Source of the DNA: an uncultured Actinomycetes bacterium
GTDB taxonomy: Bacteria > Actinomycetota > Acidimicrobiia > Spongiisociales > DATADW01
DNA length: 64,000 nucleotides
Direction of reading: 5' to 3'
Assembly: GCA_963824995.1 (NCBI GenBank)
Contig: CAWGRK010000002.1
Span: 248,001-312,000 of the forward strand
Below the pieces are notes generated by a model. It searched no databases. It was not told the DNA's origin and worked only from the letters and a program-made list of their open reading frames with translations. The translations under genes were made by a program, and so were the position numbers. Below are positions 61,701-64,000 of this stretch, one piece after another (position 1 is the first letter of the stretch; each line of letters begins with the position of its first letter).

Positions 61701-61912
61701 CAGGACGGGCAGGCATGTGATCCCTCTCGGTCTGAAATTCACCTCCTTCGGCCCGACGGCGTCGCAGGTACGACTGGAAGGGCAAGTTTCGATCCAGAGC
61801 CTGCGCTGGTGTAGGGACAGCGCAAGATCAACAGCGGCCCGATGGTCATCAACCGCGGCGTGGTGCGCCCGAGGACGGAACCATGCCGACCGGCCGGTAC
61901 CCTGCCCCACTC

Positions 61913-64000
61913 GTGAGTCGAGGCAGCCCCATCGGATCCCCCATGCGCCGTCTCGAGGACATGGCGCTGGTGACCGGGAAGGGCCGGTACACAGGTGACT
62001 TCTGCCCTGCGGGGACCTTGCACATGGCGCTGGTTCGCAGCCCGTACGCCCACGCCACGGTTGAGGCGATCGACACATCGGAGGCGGACCACGCCGAAGG
62101 TGTAGTGCTCGTGTTACGACCCGAGGATGTCGCCGACGTCCACGGGCCGCCTGCTCGGAATCCTCGGCGCAACATCCCCCCGCGCAGCCCGTTGGCACAG
62201 GGCCGGGTGCTGATGGTGGGAGACCCGGTGGTGGCGGTGATCGCCGAGACCCCGCAGCAGGCGGTTGACGCCGCCGAGTTGGTGATCGTCGACTATGAGC
62301 CTCTCCCCGTGGTGAACGACCCCGAAGAGGGGGTCGAAGCACCACCGATCCATCCGGAGATGGAGGGGAACGTCGCCTACGAGCGCAAAGGGGGGGATTC
62401 GATGGCGCTCGACGCCCTCGCCGCCGCCACGGTGGTGGAGGGGACGATCGAACATCCCCGGGTGGTCCCGAGCCCCATCGAGACCCGGGCGGTGCTCGCC
62501 GAATGGCGCGACGAGGTCCTGACCGTCCATCTCGGTAGCCAGGCACCCCATCTGATGGCGGAGGAGCTGGCGAAGGCGTTCGATCTCCCTCAATCGTCGG
62601 TCCGGGTGGTGACGCCGTTCGTCGGTGGCGGCTTCGGCTGCAAGTTCGACCTGGCCGAGGAGGAAATGCTGGCGGTCATCGCCGCCAGGAGGTGCTCGCG
62701 TCCGGTGCGCTGGGTGGAGTCACGCCGCGAACACATCGCCGTGATCGGCCATGGCAGGGCTCAGCGGCACCATTTCCGGGCAGTGGCGGGTCCCGACGGT
62801 CGGATACTGGGGCTCTGGGTGGATTCGATCGTCGATTTGGGGTGCCGGCAGCGCTACCTGGCGCCGGTGCCCTCCACCCCCCGCATCGGGACAGGGCCAT
62901 ACGACATCGGGGTGTATGCCTGGCGGCAGCGGGGGGTCTACACCAACAGGGCGCCGATGGGGATCTACCGGGGGGCGGGGCGACCCGAGGCGACGTTGAC
63001 ATTGGAGCGGGTGATCGACCGTGTCGCCGCCCAGCTGAGCCTTGACCCGGCGGAGGTGAGGAGGGTCAACCTGGTCCCGCCCGACCGGTTCCCGTATGCC
63101 TCGGCCGGGGGATATACCTTCGACTCGGGTGACTATCCGGCCGCGCTGCAACGGCTCCTCGAGTTGTCGCGCTATGACGACCTGCGACGTACCCAGGAGC
63201 AACTGCGTCAGGAGGGGCGGTATCTGGGGATTGGGTTGGGCGCGTACGTCGAGGCCTGTGGGTTCGAGGAATGGGAAGCGGGCCGGGTCACCGTCCACCC
63301 CGACGGATCGGTCACGGCGTCGGCGGGGACCCTCGATCAGGGTCAGGGTCACCGCACGGTCTTTGCCCAGATCGTTGCCTCCGAACTGGGGATCGAGCCA
63401 GGCAAGGTACGCGTGGAGCAGGGCGACTCTGCTGCAGCGCCATACGGCTGGGGTACGTCGGGCTCGCGTTCGGTGGCGCACGGTGGCAGCGGGGTGCTCG
63501 GCGCCGCCCGCCTCGTGGCGGCGAAGATGCGGCGGGTCGCGGCCCACGCTCTCGAGGCGGCACCCGAGGACGTCGTCCTCGCCGATGGGCAGGCAACGGT
63601 CAGGGGGACCGATGTCGCCGTCGGCTGGGAGGAGTTGGTCGGGAAAGCGTGGTCTGCCCGCCAGCTACCACCGGGCGATGAGCCGGGGCTGGAGGAGGAG
63701 CACCACTTCGTCTCGGGCGGCCTGAACTTCCCGTTCGGGATGCACCTCGCCGTGGTCGAGGTCGATGCCTCCACCGGTGACGTGGACCTGCAACAGATCT
63801 GGGCAGTGGACGACGCCGGGGTGATCGTCAACCCAATGCTCGCCGCCGGTCAGAGGCACGGCGGGCTCGCCCAGGGGATCGGCCAGGCGATGTGGGAGGA
63901 GGCGCGCTACGACCCAGAGGGGAACCTACTCACCGCCTCGATGGTGGACTACCTGCTCCCCACTGCCGGCCGGCTGCCCAGCTTTGGACTGGGGGAGACC
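61913..64000 (+). CDS. xanthine oxidase/CO dehydrogenase family molybdopterin-binding large subunit (runs off window end)
   Basis: RRLEDMALVTGKGRY, VRSPYAHA, VGGGFGCK, IYRGAGRPE, QGQGH, DAGVIVNP, GGLAQGIG; not in the ORF track because no stop lies inside the window. Confidence 0.9.
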   Translation, partial: MSRGSPIGSPMRRLEDMALVTGKGRYTGDFCPAGTLHMALVRSPYAHATVEAIDTSEADHAEGVVLVLRPEDVADVHGPPARNPRRNIPPRSPLAQGRVLMVGDPVVAVIAETPQQAVDAAELVIVDYEPLPVVNDPEEGVEAPPIHPEMEGNVAYERKGGDSMALDALAAATVVEGTIEHPRVVPSPIETRAVLAEWRDEVLTVHLGSQAPHLMAEELAKAFDLPQSSVRVVTPFVGGGFGCKFDLAEEEMLAVIAARRCSRPVRWVESRREHIAVIGHGRAQRHHFRAVAGPDGRILGLWVDSIVDLGCRQRYLAPVPSTPRIGTGPYDIGVYAWRQRGVYTNRAPMGIYRGAGRPEATLTLERVIDRVAAQLSLDPAEVRRVNLVPPDRFPYASAGGYTFDSGDYPAALQRLLELSRYDDLRRTQEQLRQEGRYLGIGLGAYVEACGFEEWEAGRVTVHPDGSVTASAGTLDQGQGHRTVFAQIVASELGIEPGKVRVEQGDSAAAPYGWGTSGSRSVAHGGSGVLGAARLVAAKMRRVAAHALEAAPEDVVLADGQATVRGTDVAVGWEELVGKAWSARQLPPGDEPGLEEEHHFVSGGLNFPFGMHLAVVEVDASTGDVDLQQIWAVDDAGVIVNPMLAAGQRHGGLAQGIGQAMWEEARYDPEGNLLTASMVDYLLPTAGRLPSFGLGET

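Noticed and set aside
61913..64000. Aerobic CO dehydrogenase coxL (form I)
   Set aside because: Lacks AYXCSFR; the loop is IYRGAGR

Overview
High-GC bacterial chromosome segment. The gene order looks actinobacterial, most likely a non-Actinomycetia lineage such as Acidimicrobiia (inferred from SLH domains, the prfB frameshift and mreBCD). It is mostly core genes: cofE-cofD; a GT2/DUF5719/DUF3499 and GT-C/GtrA/GT2 envelope block; manB, PGI/PMI, ahcY, comF, hpf, secA, prfB (+1 programmed frameshift), ftsEX and an M23 peptidase; smpB, an SLH-CapA gene and tmRNA; mec-cysO-cysM, rph, rdgB; six tRNAs; tig-clpP-clpX, folC, ndk, mreBCD-pbp2-rodA, tdk, rne, rplU-rpmA-obgE, proBA; a MoxR/VWA pair, an acyl-CoA catabolic operon, a DUF222-HNH gene and a truncated molybdo-hydroxylase large subunit. 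The most notable signals are: (1) an HTH plus LAGLIDADG-like (LYWAEG) gene wedged between tRNA-Pro and tRNA-Lys, apparently leaderless from a RecA-NDp/PafBC-like DNA-damage promoter; (2) the same promoter pattern before comF, tmRNA and the DUF222-HNH gene, which also has an SOS box; (3) heptamer tandem repeats and GC palindromes in many intergenic spaces; (4) possible non-canonical starts for obgE (CTG) and folC (ACG). Nine single-base frameshifts in eight genes are probably assembly errors. All calls were made by eye; no database search was run.
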